A DNA stretch of 64,000 nucleotides. Origin: an uncultured Nitrospiraceae bacterium (GTDB taxonomy: Bacteria > Nitrospirota > Nitrospiria > Nitrospirales > Nitrospiraceae). The notes beneath the pieces were generated by a model that saw nothing but the letters and a program-made list of their open reading frames with translations, was not told the DNA's origin and did not search any database. Positions 50,947-60,958 of the stretch are shown in pieces. Every line of letters starts with the position of its first letter. The stretch's first letter is position 1. The stretch lies in the NCBI GenBank assembly GCA_963846575.1, contig CAWJWJ010000002.1:1344001-1408000 (forward strand). The letters run 5' to 3'. The translations under genes were made by a program, and so were the position numbers.

Positions 50947-51663
50947 ATGAAAATCGTCCTTGATATCGAAACGGTCCAGATTCCGAGAGAGGAATGGGCT
51001 CGTCTGGCTGGGCGCCAACTCGCGTCAGGGGAAGCCGCGTTTGCCGAGACGGGAGGGGATTTATTTGCGGTGGGTGCAGCGGAAGCCCAACAGCGGCTGG
51101 ATCAGGAGCTGTACGAAAAATCCTCTTTCGACGGCACCTTCAGCAGGATCGTCTGTATCGGCCTCCTGGAGTTTTCGGACGGTCTCGAGCCGCGAGGTGC
51201 CACCTCCTGGTATGGAGCCAATGAGCGGGAGTTGTTGCGTGCCTTCTGGGCCCATCTCGGGCAAGTGCGGCCATCCTTGTTCATCACCCACAATGGTCTC
51301 AATTTCGACCTGCCCTTCATCAGGAAGCGTTCGATCATCCACCAGGTGAAGCCCAGCATGGAGATCAATCTCGCGAAATTCCGGACTGAACCGGTCTATG
51401 ACACGATGGCCATCTGGAGTAACTGGGACAATCGCGGGTGGGTCAAGCTGGATGTCCTGGCGCGCGCGCTGAATGTGGAAAACAAATCGGGGAGCGGGTC
51501 GCAGGTCGCGCAGATGTGGGCCGAGGGGCAGGGGAGGGAGATCGCTCTCTATTGTCTACAAGACACCTTTGTGACCTATGGCTGTTATTGCCGTATGAAT
51601 TTCCGGCAGCCGATCTCGCGGGAGATCGTTCTGCTGAAGCCGGAGCTGATCGATGTGGGATAG
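50947..51663 (+). CDS. Stand-alone PolB-type 3'-5' exonuclease (DEDDy)
   Basis: LDIET, HNGLNFDLPFI, YCLQD. Confidence 0.82.
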   Translation: MKIVLDIETVQIPREEWARLAGRQLASGEAAFAETGGDLFAVGAAEAQQRLDQELYEKSSFDGTFSRIVCIGLLEFSDGLEPRGATSWYGANERELLRAFWAHLGQVRPSLFITHNGLNFDLPFIRKRSIIHQVKPSMEINLAKFRTEPVYDTMAIWSNWDNRGWVKLDVLARALNVENKSGSGSQVAQMWAEGQGREIALYCLQDTFVTYGCYCRMNFRQPISREIVLLKPELIDVG

Positions 51664-51680
51664 TCGAACAGGGCGAGTGG

Positions 51681-52742
51681 TCAGCGTATGGTAAGTTCGG
51701 CGCGGTTGCGTTTGTCCTGTTTCGGCTGAGTCTGCCGGCTGGCCTTCACGGCCCTGAGTTCTTTATCCCGCGTTTCCAGTTGTTCCCGCATCGACTCTAG
51801 ATCTCTCCGCAGCGCGCTGATCTTGGCGTCTTTCCGGGCCATGGCCTGCCGGGCATCCTGCAATTCCTGGAGCGTTTCGGTCAAACGTTCGTCCTTGGCA
51901 GGAGCGGCGTGCACCATCGGCTGCTGCCCTGACGGTTCCTGCGGAGGCTGGGTGGCCGGTAAGATCCTTTCCTGCGCTCCCGCCGCGACCAGCACTCGGC
52001 CCGGCGTCATAGGCTGAACCGGTTGACTCTCCGACGGAGCCATCGCTGCTGTTCTTGCGGAAGGCGATTCGGGTGCCTTGGCAAACAGAAATTCCCGGTA
52101 GTCTATGGCGAGGGACTTGAGCTGCGGCCGCCCCTGGGCGATCGCGGGCAAGGCCGTTTCAATCTGCCCCGCTGATTCCGGATCGACCGTAATGATGCGG
52201 GCGGGGCGGCCGGGGCTGAACAGGGAGGATTCGACCTTGTCGAGCGTGCCATGGTGCTCGGTCACGGTGAGATACACCTTGTCATCACGAACGTAGAGGG
52301 TGCCCGCGGTGGGTTCAGAGCCTGACCCTGCCGATGAGGACAGCCGGAAAGCGACCACATATTCTGGTTGCGCTTGGGACAACGCTTGGGCTAGCAGGGG
52401 AGCAAGATATCGAACGTCCTCATCGCTGAATACTCTCATCGGCTTGCTGCCATCCACGGGCAGATTCGACAAATCCTGCTGGATTTCTGTGATCTTGACG
52501 GCGCGCAACAGGGTATCGAGGGTGATCGCCTCGATGCTGCTGGGATGCGCGGCTTCGAATTCCCAATCGGCAATCTCCTGGAGCCGCACGGAACCGCTCG
52601 GTTGCGTCGCGTCCGCCTGCAGGCTGGCGGAGGTCGATGAACAACCGGTGGCCATTGCTCCGAGCAGGGTCAACCCAAGTACGCCGTTAGTGAAGCTGTT
52701 TAGGAGCGGGGTGCGGAAGTCGCGATTTCGCATGGCGGTCAT
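51681..52742 (-). CDS. Putative lipoprotein with C-terminal coiled coil
   Basis: Lipobox ATGC, coiled-coil tail. Confidence 0.7.
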   Translation of the reverse strand: MTAMRNRDFRTPLLNSFTNGVLGLTLLGAMATGCSSTSASLQADATQPSGSVRLQEIADWEFEAAHPSSIEAITLDTLLRAVKITEIQQDLSNLPVDGSKPMRVFSDEDVRYLAPLLAQALSQAQPEYVVAFRLSSSAGSGSEPTAGTLYVRDDKVYLTVTEHHGTLDKVESSLFSPGRPARIITVDPESAGQIETALPAIAQGRPQLKSLAIDYREFLFAKAPESPSARTAAMAPSESQPVQPMTPGRVLVAAGAQERILPATQPPQEPSGQQPMVHAAPAKDERLTETLQELQDARQAMARKDAKISALRRDLESMREQLETRDKELRAVKASRQTQPKQDKRNRAELTIR

Positions 52743-52819
52743 CCTTCTGGGCGGTCGGGCGGCGCGAATGGGATCGGCGCGGCCTTACGATCAGGCCGCG
52801 TGATGGCTGAGAAGCCTGA

Positions 52820-52954
52820 TCACCAGATGCCTAGGCCCATCATCACGACTCCAAGGGCCATCCAACCGAAGACGCCGACAGCGATGATGGTTTCCAAGCT
52901 CATGCCTTCGGGGGCCTCTTCTGCGTGACTCTGACCGACGTCGTTCTTCTTCAT
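52820..52954 (-). CDS. 44-aa single-TM protein (may extend to 52791, ending HHAA, if one base is missing)
   Basis: RBS GAGGA; MKKNDVGQSHAEEAPEGMSLETIIAVGVFGWMALGVVMMGLGIW. Confidence 0.5.
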   Translation of the reverse strand: MKKNDVGQSHAEEAPEGMSLETIIAVGVFGWMALGVVMMGLGIW

Positions 52955-53023
52955 GGTGGGCGGTCCTCTAGGAGCAGGTCGATGGTTGTGTGACGAAAAA
53001 GTTCCGGTTACGAGAATGGACCA

Positions 53024-53039
53024 AGCAAAGGGTGTGCCC
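53024..53039 (-). promoter_or_regulatory. Sigma54 -24/-12 promoter candidate
   Basis: GGGCACACCCTTTGCT (GG-N10-GC); IHF-like ATCAATAGCTTA at 53143-53154 upstream. Confidence 0.55.
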
Positions 53040-53414
53040 TGATTCCACGGGTCGATTGAGAAATGTTCGACGTCTCCCGATGGCAGTGGAATGCAATGCG
53101 GGGGTAATCGATGCGAAACAGCTCGTGGCGAGGAATTCAGTATAAGCTATTGATGTTTCAGTGCAGAGAACTCACTCCATTACACAGCACGGGAGAGGTG
53201 AACATCTTTGCGGACGCGTGACGGGCTGAGCGGCTCCAGGGTGACGGACTTTTAAGGCCTGTCATCCTGACAAGCGAACTGTCTAAAAATTGGCAAAGAT
53301 TGTTCAGGAACGACCGGCCCTGGTCCGGAACTGTCATCCTGCTGTCGCACTCCGTAGCCGGATGGCGAGCCGTCGCACAAAACAAGCCGTCGACTGGCGG
53401 ATGAATCTGATGAA

Positions 53415-54779
53415 TCATACCGGCGTGAGCTTGGAATCGCGTCGTCCCATGAGTACGGCGGCGCTCGCATCCAGGACGGTGATTGGGTGAATGTCGCCGA
53501 GAGAGGCTGGAGCGTCGCTCTTATTCCAGATCACGGTGATGTTGCTGTCGGTGCGGCCCATCCATTGATCGGGTGAGCGTTTTGAGTCGCCTTCGACCAT
53601 CACCGGGAGCGTGCGTCCGATCAGGTCCCGATTGATGCGGGCGGTGATCGGCCGTTGCAGGTCTACAAGCCGGCTGACCCGTTCCCCCTTGACCGCTTCC
53701 GGAACATCATCCGGGAACTTACGGGCCGCGATGGTATTTTTCCGCTCGGAATATTTGAAGATGTAAGCGGCGTGATAGTTCACTTCTTCGATCACCCGGT
53801 AGGTGTCGAGAAACTCCTGCTCGGTTTCCGAACAAAAACCGCAAATGATATCGGTCGTGAGCGCGATTTCAGGATGCCGGCGACGGATCTGGGCGACCAG
53901 GTCGAGGTAATCCTGCCGACTATAGGTGCGGTTCATGAGCTCCAGCATACGGTCATTCCCGGACTGCAAGGGCAGGTGAATGTGCTTGCAGATATGTGGA
54001 TGGCCCGCGACGGCATCTAGGACAGCAACGGGAAAGTCCTTCGGGTGGGGCGAGGTAAAGCGGACCCTTTGTACTCCGGGTACGTCCGCCACCGCCAGGA
54101 GCAACCGCGCAAAATCCCAATCGCCATGCCGGTAGGAATTGACGTTCTGCCCGAGTAGGGTGATCTGTGGATGTCCGCTCGCGACCGAGGCTTCCACTTC
54201 ACGGAGCACCCCTTCGGGATCGCGGGAACGTTCCCGCCCCCGCGTATAGGGCACCACGCAGAAACTGCAGAAGTTGTCGCATCCGCGCATGATGGCGATC
54301 CAGGCATTGATGCCGCCGTCACGCTCCGGGAGAATATCGTCATAGGTTTCATATTCGGATAGGTCGACAGCCATGCCTCGTCGCGCGAGTCCCTGCTCTT
54401 CGGCGTTGAGTGCGTTGGTCAACAGCCCGGGCAGTTGGCGGTAGCCGTCGGGACCCACCAGGACGTCCACGAGCGGTTGCTTATCCGTCAACTCTTCCTT
54501 GAGGTTTTGCGCCATGCATCCGAGCACACCGACCACGAGCGGACGCTGCTCCTTGACGATTTTCAGCTCGGCCAGATGCCCGTACACCTTATTGTGAGCG
54601 TTTTCTCGAATGGCGCAGGTGTTCATCAGCATGACGTCGGCCCGTTCACGGTCCTCGGTAAACTCGAACCCCGCCTTGCGGAGTAAAGTCCGGACCAGCT
54701 CCGAGTCGTACTCGTTCATCTGGCAACCGAAGGTTTCTATATGGACCTGATGGGGTTTGTCTGGTTGTTTCATAGTCAT
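53415..54779 (-). CDS. miaB: tRNA-2-methylthio-N6-isopentenyladenosine synthase
   Basis: TFGCQMNEYDSE, NTCAIRE, GCMAQ, GCDNFCSFCVVPYTRGRERSR, LLGQNVNSY, TRAM domain. Confidence 0.94.
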   Translation of the reverse strand: MTMKQPDKPHQVHIETFGCQMNEYDSELVRTLLRKAGFEFTEDRERADVMLMNTCAIRENAHNKVYGHLAELKIVKEQRPLVVGVLGCMAQNLKEELTDKQPLVDVLVGPDGYRQLPGLLTNALNAEEQGLARRGMAVDLSEYETYDDILPERDGGINAWIAIMRGCDNFCSFCVVPYTRGRERSRDPEGVLREVEASVASGHPQITLLGQNVNSYRHGDWDFARLLLAVADVPGVQRVRFTSPHPKDFPVAVLDAVAGHPHICKHIHLPLQSGNDRMLELMNRTYSRQDYLDLVAQIRRRHPEIALTTDIICGFCSETEQEFLDTYRVIEEVNYHAAYIFKYSERKNTIAARKFPDDVPEAVKGERVSRLVDLQRPITARINRDLIGRTLPVMVEGDSKRSPDQWMGRTDSNITVIWNKSDAPASLGDIHPITVLDASAAVLMGRRDSKLTPV

Positions 54780-56119
54780 ACAAGGGGCAGGCCGGCTGGT
54801 TCCAGGACGGTAGCGACCGGATGACCATAGGCCAGTCCGTCCATGACGCCCGTGATCGTCACATCGTGAATCGCTCCGGCCATGACGCCACCGGCGGGAA
54901 CAGCGACTCGCATAAAGTTGGCCGTCGTGCCGGTGCGAAATCCGTCCCGCTCTCCCTGTTCGAATAACACCCTGGCAGTGCGGCCGATCTGCCCCTGATA
55001 GAAGCCGAGCGTCTTGGTTCGAGAGAGTGCTGTCAAGGTTTTGCTCCGTTGACGGATCACGGGGGATGGAATCTGGTCTTCGAGGCGCGCTGCGGCGGTG
55101 CCCGGCCTGGACGAATAACTGAACACGTGAAAATAGGAAAAGGGGAGCCTGGTCGCCGTTTCGACCGTGTTCGCAAAGGCCTGCTCGTCTTCGCCGGGGA
55201 AACCGACCATGAGATCCGTACCCAGCCCAAGGTCCGGCATAAGCGTCAGGGCCTGCGCCACCAGATCCTCATAGTCGCGGACGTCGTACCGGCGGTTCAT
55301 CGCCTGCAGAATTCCATCGTCGCCGCTCTGCAACGGCAAATGCAGGTAGTGACAGAGTTTGGTCGACCCGGCCATCTGTTGCAGCAAAGCAACCGGCACC
55401 GTCGTCGGCTCGATCGAAGAAATCCTAATCCGTGTGACCTCAGGTATCGCTTCAAGTTCTTGCAGCAGCTCACTCAGCCCGATGCCATTAGATGAGTACT
55501 GGCCGATGTTCACTCCGGTCAGGACGAGTTCACGGTACCCGTGAGCCGCCAGGTCGCGCGCTTCCCGCACGACATCATCGAGCCTGCGGCTGCGTTCCCG
55601 TCCCCGGGCAAAAGGAATGAGACAGAAGCTGCACATGAAATCGCAGCCGTCCTGGATCTTCAGCAGGGCCCTGGTCGAGTCCGAATAGGCCGTGCCGGGG
55701 AGGACGAAATCCTCCCGATCGATCGTGCGGCTGTGACGAAGCTCCGGCTCCGGTTGTTTGTGGAGCTTGGCAGGAGCCGGGAGATAATCGGGCAGGTTCA
55801 TTTTGAACTGTGTGCCCACGATCAGATCGATGCCCGGGACCTTTTGCAACTGCGCCGCGCCTGTCTGCGCGTAGCAACCGGTGACCGCGACGAAAGCATG
55901 GGGAGAATGGCGAAGAGTCTTGCGCACGGCATACCGGCAATCCTTTTCGGCATTCTCGGTGACGGAGCAGGTATTCAGCACCAGCAGGTCGGTCTCTTCC
56001 CCGAATGCCACAATCCGGTACCCCTGCCGTTTCAGGCTATCGCCCAACATGGAGGTCTCGGATTGACTGAGGCGGCAGCCCAGGGTGTGGAGTGACGCGC
56101 GTGGTGTGCTCATCGACAT
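54776..56119 (-). CDS. mtaB: tRNA t6A37 methylthiotransferase
   Basis: TLGCRLSQSET, NTCSVT, TGCYAQ, KIQDGCDFMCSFC, ISSIEP. Confidence 0.9.
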   Translation of the reverse strand: MSMSTPRASLHTLGCRLSQSETSMLGDSLKRQGYRIVAFGEETDLLVLNTCSVTENAEKDCRYAVRKTLRHSPHAFVAVTGCYAQTGAAQLQKVPGIDLIVGTQFKMNLPDYLPAPAKLHKQPEPELRHSRTIDREDFVLPGTAYSDSTRALLKIQDGCDFMCSFCLIPFARGRERSRRLDDVVREARDLAAHGYRELVLTGVNIGQYSSNGIGLSELLQELEAIPEVTRIRISSIEPTTVPVALLQQMAGSTKLCHYLHLPLQSGDDGILQAMNRRYDVRDYEDLVAQALTLMPDLGLGTDLMVGFPGEDEQAFANTVETATRLPFSYFHVFSYSSRPGTAAARLEDQIPSPVIRQRSKTLTALSRTKTLGFYQGQIGRTARVLFEQGERDGFRTGTTANFMRVAVPAGGVMAGAIHDVTITGVMDGLAYGHPVATVLEPAGLPLV

Positions 56120-56258
56120 CGTGCGCGATTATAAGAGCGCGAGCGTTCGCTCGGCAAGCTGACGCGAGAGAAAAGATGAGCGGTCGTCTTGATCGAGCGG
56201 TGGGTGAGTGGTACGATCAAAAAACTGTCGCGACAGGGACAGTCGGACCTCCAAGGCT

Positions 56259-56666
56259 ATGACGAACCACCGCTTGCTTGCCAGCCTTCTTTTCAGCCTG
56301 CTGCTCATGTTCCCGACCGCTGCCGGCTGGTCGAGAGAAACACTGCCGGTCGAGCCCGATCTAAGCACCAGGCTGGACGAATTGTACGATCACGAGTCGC
56401 GCATGTTCATCATGCTCTTCTCGCTCAATGGCGACGGGAAGGTCGATTACGTCACCGCGCGTCTGGTGCAGGACTACACCAGAAGCAATTACGGCAACCC
56501 GGTCTACTACACCGAGCAGTATCCGTTGTTCTATTGGTGGAATCACACCATGTTCAACGATCCGGACCAGGATGGCGTGAACGGAAACGAGCAGGTGTAC
56601 CAGGAGGATATCGAGTTCGACATTGCGCGCTATAAGCCCTGCGTATTCAACGGACAACCCTGCTGA
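56259..56666 (+). CDS. Exported hypothetical protein
   Basis: Signal peptide; NGDGKVD and DQDGVNGNE Ca-loop-like motifs. Confidence 0.7.
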   Translation: MTNHRLLASLLFSLLLMFPTAAGWSRETLPVEPDLSTRLDELYDHESRMFIMLFSLNGDGKVDYVTARLVQDYTRSNYGNPVYYTEQYPLFYWWNHTMFNDPDQDGVNGNEQVYQEDIEFDIARYKPCVFNGQPC

Positions 56667-56745
56667 GTCCGGTCCACCGGCAATCATTTCCGCCGCTCAT
56701 TCACCCGATCAGTTGACCTGTCAGCGCCTCTGATCCCGGATCCTC

Positions 56746-57609
56746 TCATTCAAAAACAAGCACGGGGCATTGAGCCTGGTGGAGCACCGAGTGAGAAACG
56801 CTTCCCAGCAGCAGCCGTGTGATGCCTTGCCTGCCGCGCGAGCCCACCATGATGAGATCGGCTCCTATTTTTTCTGCCTGCTCTGCGATCGTTGCCGCAG
56901 GAACGCCTAGGAGGCTGGTCCCACGAGCCGTATGACCGAGGGATTGAATCTTCGTCGCCACGCCCTCGATGAACTCGCCGGCATGCCGGAGGGCCTGCGC
57001 CTCCAGTTTATCCGCCACAGCATAATCCACCGTCCATGGCGGGCGGGTCAGCGGAAGAACGGTCAGCAGAGTGACCATCATCGGCTGCTCGAAAGGTTCT
57101 TTCTGGAAAAAGCGCAGAGCTGTCTCCGCGTCCGACTGACCCTGTAAGGGCAAGAGGATCTGTGACAAGTCCGGGACCGGACCTTTCACGATCAGCTTGG
57201 GGCAGGGGGCAAAGCTCATGACTCGACTGGACACGGACCCGAACAGCCTCTCTTTGATCGGCCCCAGACCTCTGGCTCCCATCACGATGAGATCCACATG
57301 TCGGGATTCCGCGAGTGCAATCACCACTTCGGCGGGCGAACCCATCTCCAGCCGTTTCGTAGTCGAGCCGCTATGGGGAGGCAGTAGTGATTGCGCGCGA
57401 GCCAACAGGCGATTGCCCTCGTCTTTCAGGCTTTGTTCCAGTTGGGCGTACAATTCCTGCGCCACCTCCGGCACCATTTTGGGATAGGCTGGCCTGGGGG
57501 CGTCCACGACGTGGAGCAGGGTCAGTTCGTCGGCGCGCCGGAAATATTTCAGCGTTCGCAAAGCTTCATAAGAATTTTCGGAGCCATCGACAGCCAGGAG
57601 GATGTTCAT
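56746..57609 (-). CDS. Tandem universal stress protein
   Basis: ILLAVDGSE, DLIVMGARG..GSVS, DLIMVGSRG..GSVS. Confidence 0.92.
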   Translation of the reverse strand: MNILLAVDGSENSYEALRTLKYFRRADELTLLHVVDAPRPAYPKMVPEVAQELYAQLEQSLKDEGNRLLARAQSLLPPHSGSTTKRLEMGSPAEVVIALAESRHVDLIVMGARGLGPIKERLFGSVSSRVMSFAPCPKLIVKGPVPDLSQILLPLQGQSDAETALRFFQKEPFEQPMMVTLLTVLPLTRPPWTVDYAVADKLEAQALRHAGEFIEGVATKIQSLGHTARGTSLLGVPAATIAEQAEKIGADLIMVGSRGRQGITRLLLGSVSHSVLHQAQCPVLVFE

Positions 57610-58283
57610 GGGTTGGACTCCTTTAAGGCCTGCGTAATCGGTGGAAAATGATATTGGAACCAGCTGAGGGCCTGTTCGGCGACCTGCTCGAGGGTTCCCG
57701 GTTCTTCGAACAGATGACTCGCTCCGGGGATTACCACGAGTTTCTTTGGACAGGCGAGCTGCGCAAGCGCGTCTCGATTCATGCCGATTACCGGACCGTC
57801 GTCTCCTCCTACGAGCAGGAGCGTCGGCGCGGCTACCTGGCTCAAATAGGGACCGGCCAGATCCGGCCGTCCTCCGCGGGAGACCACCGCCTTCACGTGT
57901 TGAGGGTCGCGCGCGGCGGCCTGGAGAGCTGCACCGGCTCCTGTGCTGGCGCCGAAATAGCCTACTGGCAGGTCGCTGGTTTGAGGGTGCTTGCCGAGCC
58001 AGGTCCTGGCCAGAAGAAGACGGTCGGCGAGGAGGTTGATGTCAAACACTTTGAGCCGATCATCCGCCTCGTCCGGTGTGAGGAGATCCATCAGCAGGGT
58101 TGCGAACGCTCCCTCTTCCAGGTAACGGGCGACGAATTGGTTCCGCGGGCTGAAGCGTCCGCTGCCGCTGCCATGGGCAAAGGCGATGACGCCCCTGGAC
58201 CGTTGCGGTAAAGCGAGCACTCCGTCGATTGAGAGCCCGTTTTCGCTGATGCGGATATGCAGAGCCGTCGCTCCATCTACCAT
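57606..58283 (-). CDS. Dienelactone hydrolase-like alpha/beta hydrolase
   Basis: FAHGSGSGRFSPRN, GYFGASTGA, SRGGRPDLA, HLFEEPG. Confidence 0.88.
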   Translation of the reverse strand: MVDGATALHIRISENGLSIDGVLALPQRSRGVIAFAHGSGSGRFSPRNQFVARYLEEGAFATLLMDLLTPDEADDRLKVFDINLLADRLLLARTWLGKHPQTSDLPVGYFGASTGAGAALQAAARDPQHVKAVVSRGGRPDLAGPYLSQVAAPTLLLVGGDDGPVIGMNRDALAQLACPKKLVVIPGASHLFEEPGTLEQVAEQALSWFQYHFPPITQALKESNP

Positions 58284-58487
58284 GTCGCCTCCAGGCGCTT
58301 CATCGTCCTTCTCCCTTCTTCGCCACATTGAACGGTGGCGAGGGGTCGGGGCTGGGTTCGCCTCCTTCAGTGACATTTCGTCGGACAGAAGAAGATCAGA
58401 TAGATTGCCGCTCCGGTTCCGGCCAGCCATTCCAGCCTGAGTCTCTGATTTCTGGACATCGTTGAGGCCATCGGGATGACTTGAATC

Positions 58488-58503
58488 AGCAAGAGCAGTG
58501 CCA
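58488..58503 (-). promoter_or_regulatory. Sigma54 -24/-12 promoter
   Basis: TGGCACTGCTCTTGCT, exact match to TGGCAC-N5-TTGCW. Confidence 0.75.
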
Positions 58504-58757
58504 TTCATCATTCCACAGGCACACAGGCGGACTCGCGCGGCATCACAAGGAGGGCTTGGCCGGTGGCGTGACGGGAGAGCCGCAGAATTGTGATCGCTTC
58601 AATCTTCCTGTTGTTTGTGGCGTTCCGCTACAGGATCGGTTGTGCGGCTGTAGCATGACACCCCTCTGAAAACCGGCCGCACTCTGCACCAGAGGCGGTG
58701 GGTCGACGAAACGATGATCTTTCCTTGTATTTATTGTTCGTTCCCGGCTCGCGTGAA

Positions 58758-58773
58758 TGGCATCGCCCTTGCT
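58758..58773 (+). promoter_or_regulatory. Sigma54 -24/-12 promoter
   Basis: TGGCATCGCCCTTGCT, 40 bp before the USP ATG. Confidence 0.72.
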
Positions 58774-58813
58774 GAATGAGAAAGGGGAGAAAACAGTTGG
58801 ACACGGAGGTGGA

Positions 58814-59314
58814 ATGGCTGATGGGCGCTTCCGTAAGATTCTGGTCCCGGTAGATTTCTCTCCATGTTCCGAAGCGGCGTTCCGAATCGCCCTGTCCTTC
58901 GCCCCGTTGTTTCAGTCGGAACTGCTGTTGCTCCATGTCGTCGATACGAAGAGCCTCGACGCGCTGAACCGCCTGGGACTGGCTCTTCCTGCCGATGCCG
59001 CCAAGCAGAAAAAACAATTGCAGCATCATGCTCGTCCCAATGCGCGGCGGTTGCTCGGGTGGGACGAGGTGAAGGGAATATCCATACGGAGGCTGTTGGC
59101 GAACGGCTGCCCTTTTGAAGAGATTGCACGAACCGTCAGGGTGGAGGGGGTCGATCTCGTGGTGATAGGCACTGATGGGGGGGCCATCGGTGGCGTGGAT
59201 AAGATTCTCTTCGGCAGCACGGCCGAAAAGGTGGTCCGGACGGCAGGGTGTCCGGTGTTGACCGTTCCCTTGCCCCTCAAACAATTTACGGTGCGGGCGA
59301 ACAAGACGACATAA
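58814..59314 (+). CDS. Universal stress protein
   Basis: KILVPVDFS, DLVVIGT..FGSTAEKVVR..CPVLTV; RBS GGAGGT. Confidence 0.92.
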   Translation: MADGRFRKILVPVDFSPCSEAAFRIALSFAPLFQSELLLLHVVDTKSLDALNRLGLALPADAAKQKKQLQHHARPNARRLLGWDEVKGISIRRLLANGCPFEEIARTVRVEGVDLVVIGTDGGAIGGVDKILFGSTAEKVVRTAGCPVLTVPLPLKQFTVRANKTT

Positions 59315-59325
59315 GGGAGGTGGAC

Positions 59326-59754
59326 ATGGCGCTGTGGAAAGAACGTAATCCGATCGGTGTGAGACGGTTAGGCTTGGCCGCCTGTTTCGTTCTGGCTCTC
59401 TGTTCGCAGGGTGGGGCTCAGGCTGAACAGCGGATCGACGTCACGATCAAGGACTTCACGTTCGTGACCAGGCAAATCCCGCTCCGGTTGGGGGTCGCGA
59501 CGGTGATCGCCATTTCCAACGAAGACCCGGAGCGTCACGATTTCGGCTCGACGATGTTCCATGGCGTGCTCACGCGAGTCGAATCCGGCGGGATCATCTC
59601 TTATGGCAGGGGCATCAGCGGCCTGTTTTTGGATGCCAAGAAGCAGGCGACGCTTCGATTCACCATGGAGCGACCGGGTCGGCACGAATTCCGTTGTTCC
59701 ATCCATCCGGAAATGAAAGGCGAACTGCTGCTGCTGAACGTGGAGGCGGTTTGA
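59326..59754 (+). CDS. Exported cupredoxin
   Basis: Signal peptide; type-1 Cu ligands HDF...CSIHPEM. Confidence 0.82.
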   Translation: MALWKERNPIGVRRLGLAACFVLALCSQGGAQAEQRIDVTIKDFTFVTRQIPLRLGVATVIAISNEDPERHDFGSTMFHGVLTRVESGGIISYGRGISGLFLDAKKQATLRFTMERPGRHEFRCSIHPEMKGELLLLNVEAV

Positions 59755-59757
59755 GCC

Positions 59758-60696
59758 ATGGCGCCTTTGATCACGCGCATCCTGTTGGCGACCGATTTCT
59801 CGGCCTGTGCCGAACGAGCGACGGGGTATGCCGTCAACCTGGCCAGGGCCTGGAAGGCAGAGCTCTCTGTCATGACCGTGTTGGAGTTTTATCCCGGCAT
59901 GGATCCGGACTATGCCGTCAATAAGATGTATCTCGATAATTTGCGGGCGCAGGCCAGCAGGCAGTTGGAAGAGGTCCGGACCCTTCTGAAGGGAGAGGGC
60001 CAGGAAATCACGACGCGCATCGAAGTCGGCATTCCGAGCGAGGCCATCCAATCGGTCGCTCACGCGATGGCGGCGGATCTGCTGGTGCTCGGGACGCACG
60101 GACGAACCGGCCTCGATCATATCTTGATCGGTAGCACGGCGGAACGGGTGGTGCGCATGGCCTCATGCCCGGTCCTGTCGATCAAGACCGAGAGAGGCGG
60201 GAAGGGCTTCGGGCCGATCCGAACCATCAAGCGGATTGTGGTACCGATCGACCTCTCCGGTTGTTCGTTGGAGGCCCTCGAATATGCGGCGCACTTTGCC
60301 AGACAGGCGGGGGCTTCGGTCACCATCCTCCATGCGTTGGAGCCGGTTGCCTATGGACTGGATTTCAGCTTGAGCCAAGCGACGGAACGAACACGTCAGC
60401 GGGAATATCTTGAGGCACGCCTGATCAGCCTGTCCGCTTGCCTCAACTCATTCGGCGTGGAATCCGATCATGCGCTCAAGCCCGGGATACCGGCTGATTC
60501 GATCCCTGCGCACGTGACTCACCAGGGCTATGACCTGATGATCATGGGCACCCATGGCAGGCGCGGATTCGTGAATCTCCTCGTCGGCAGCATCGCCGGT
60601 GCCATGTTGCGGCATGCGGCCTGCCCGGTTCTCACCGTCCGCCGGTTCGCATTCGGCGCGGATCACCAACGCGTGGTTCCTCTTGAGGAATCATAG
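59758..60696 (+). CDS. Tandem universal stress protein
   Basis: ILLATDFS, GTHGRTG..GSTAE, second USP domain. Confidence 0.92.
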   Translation: MAPLITRILLATDFSACAERATGYAVNLARAWKAELSVMTVLEFYPGMDPDYAVNKMYLDNLRAQASRQLEEVRTLLKGEGQEITTRIEVGIPSEAIQSVAHAMAADLLVLGTHGRTGLDHILIGSTAERVVRMASCPVLSIKTERGGKGFGPIRTIKRIVVPIDLSGCSLEALEYAAHFARQAGASVTILHALEPVAYGLDFSLSQATERTRQREYLEARLISLSACLNSFGVESDHALKPGIPADSIPAHVTHQGYDLMIMGTHGRRGFVNLLVGSIAGAMLRHAACPVLTVRRFAFGADHQRVVPLEES

Positions 60697-60733
60697 ATAG
60701 ACCCTCTCATCACGTACCTTAAAGGAGTCCGCC

Positions 60734-60958
60734 ATGAGCACCTTAGTTAAAAAACAGCGCGGGGTACGATCCATGAGTTCACCAGGAGCCCGCTCCGGAA
60801 CGAGCACGATCGAACTGCCCGGGGACACGTGGGAACGTGTCGCGCTGAAGGCCTATCGGTTGTGGCAGGAGCGGGGATGTCGGGATGGGTGTGCCCTCGA
60901 GGATTGGCTGGATGCGGAGGCCGTCGTCTTGAAGGAAATCGATGAAGCTCGCGAATGA
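60734..60958 (+). CDS. DUF2934 family protein
   Basis: VALKAYRLWQERG..G.ALEDWLDAE. Confidence 0.82.
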   Translation: MSTLVKKQRGVRSMSSPGARSGTSTIELPGDTWERVALKAYRLWQERGCRDGCALEDWLDAEAVVLKEIDEARE

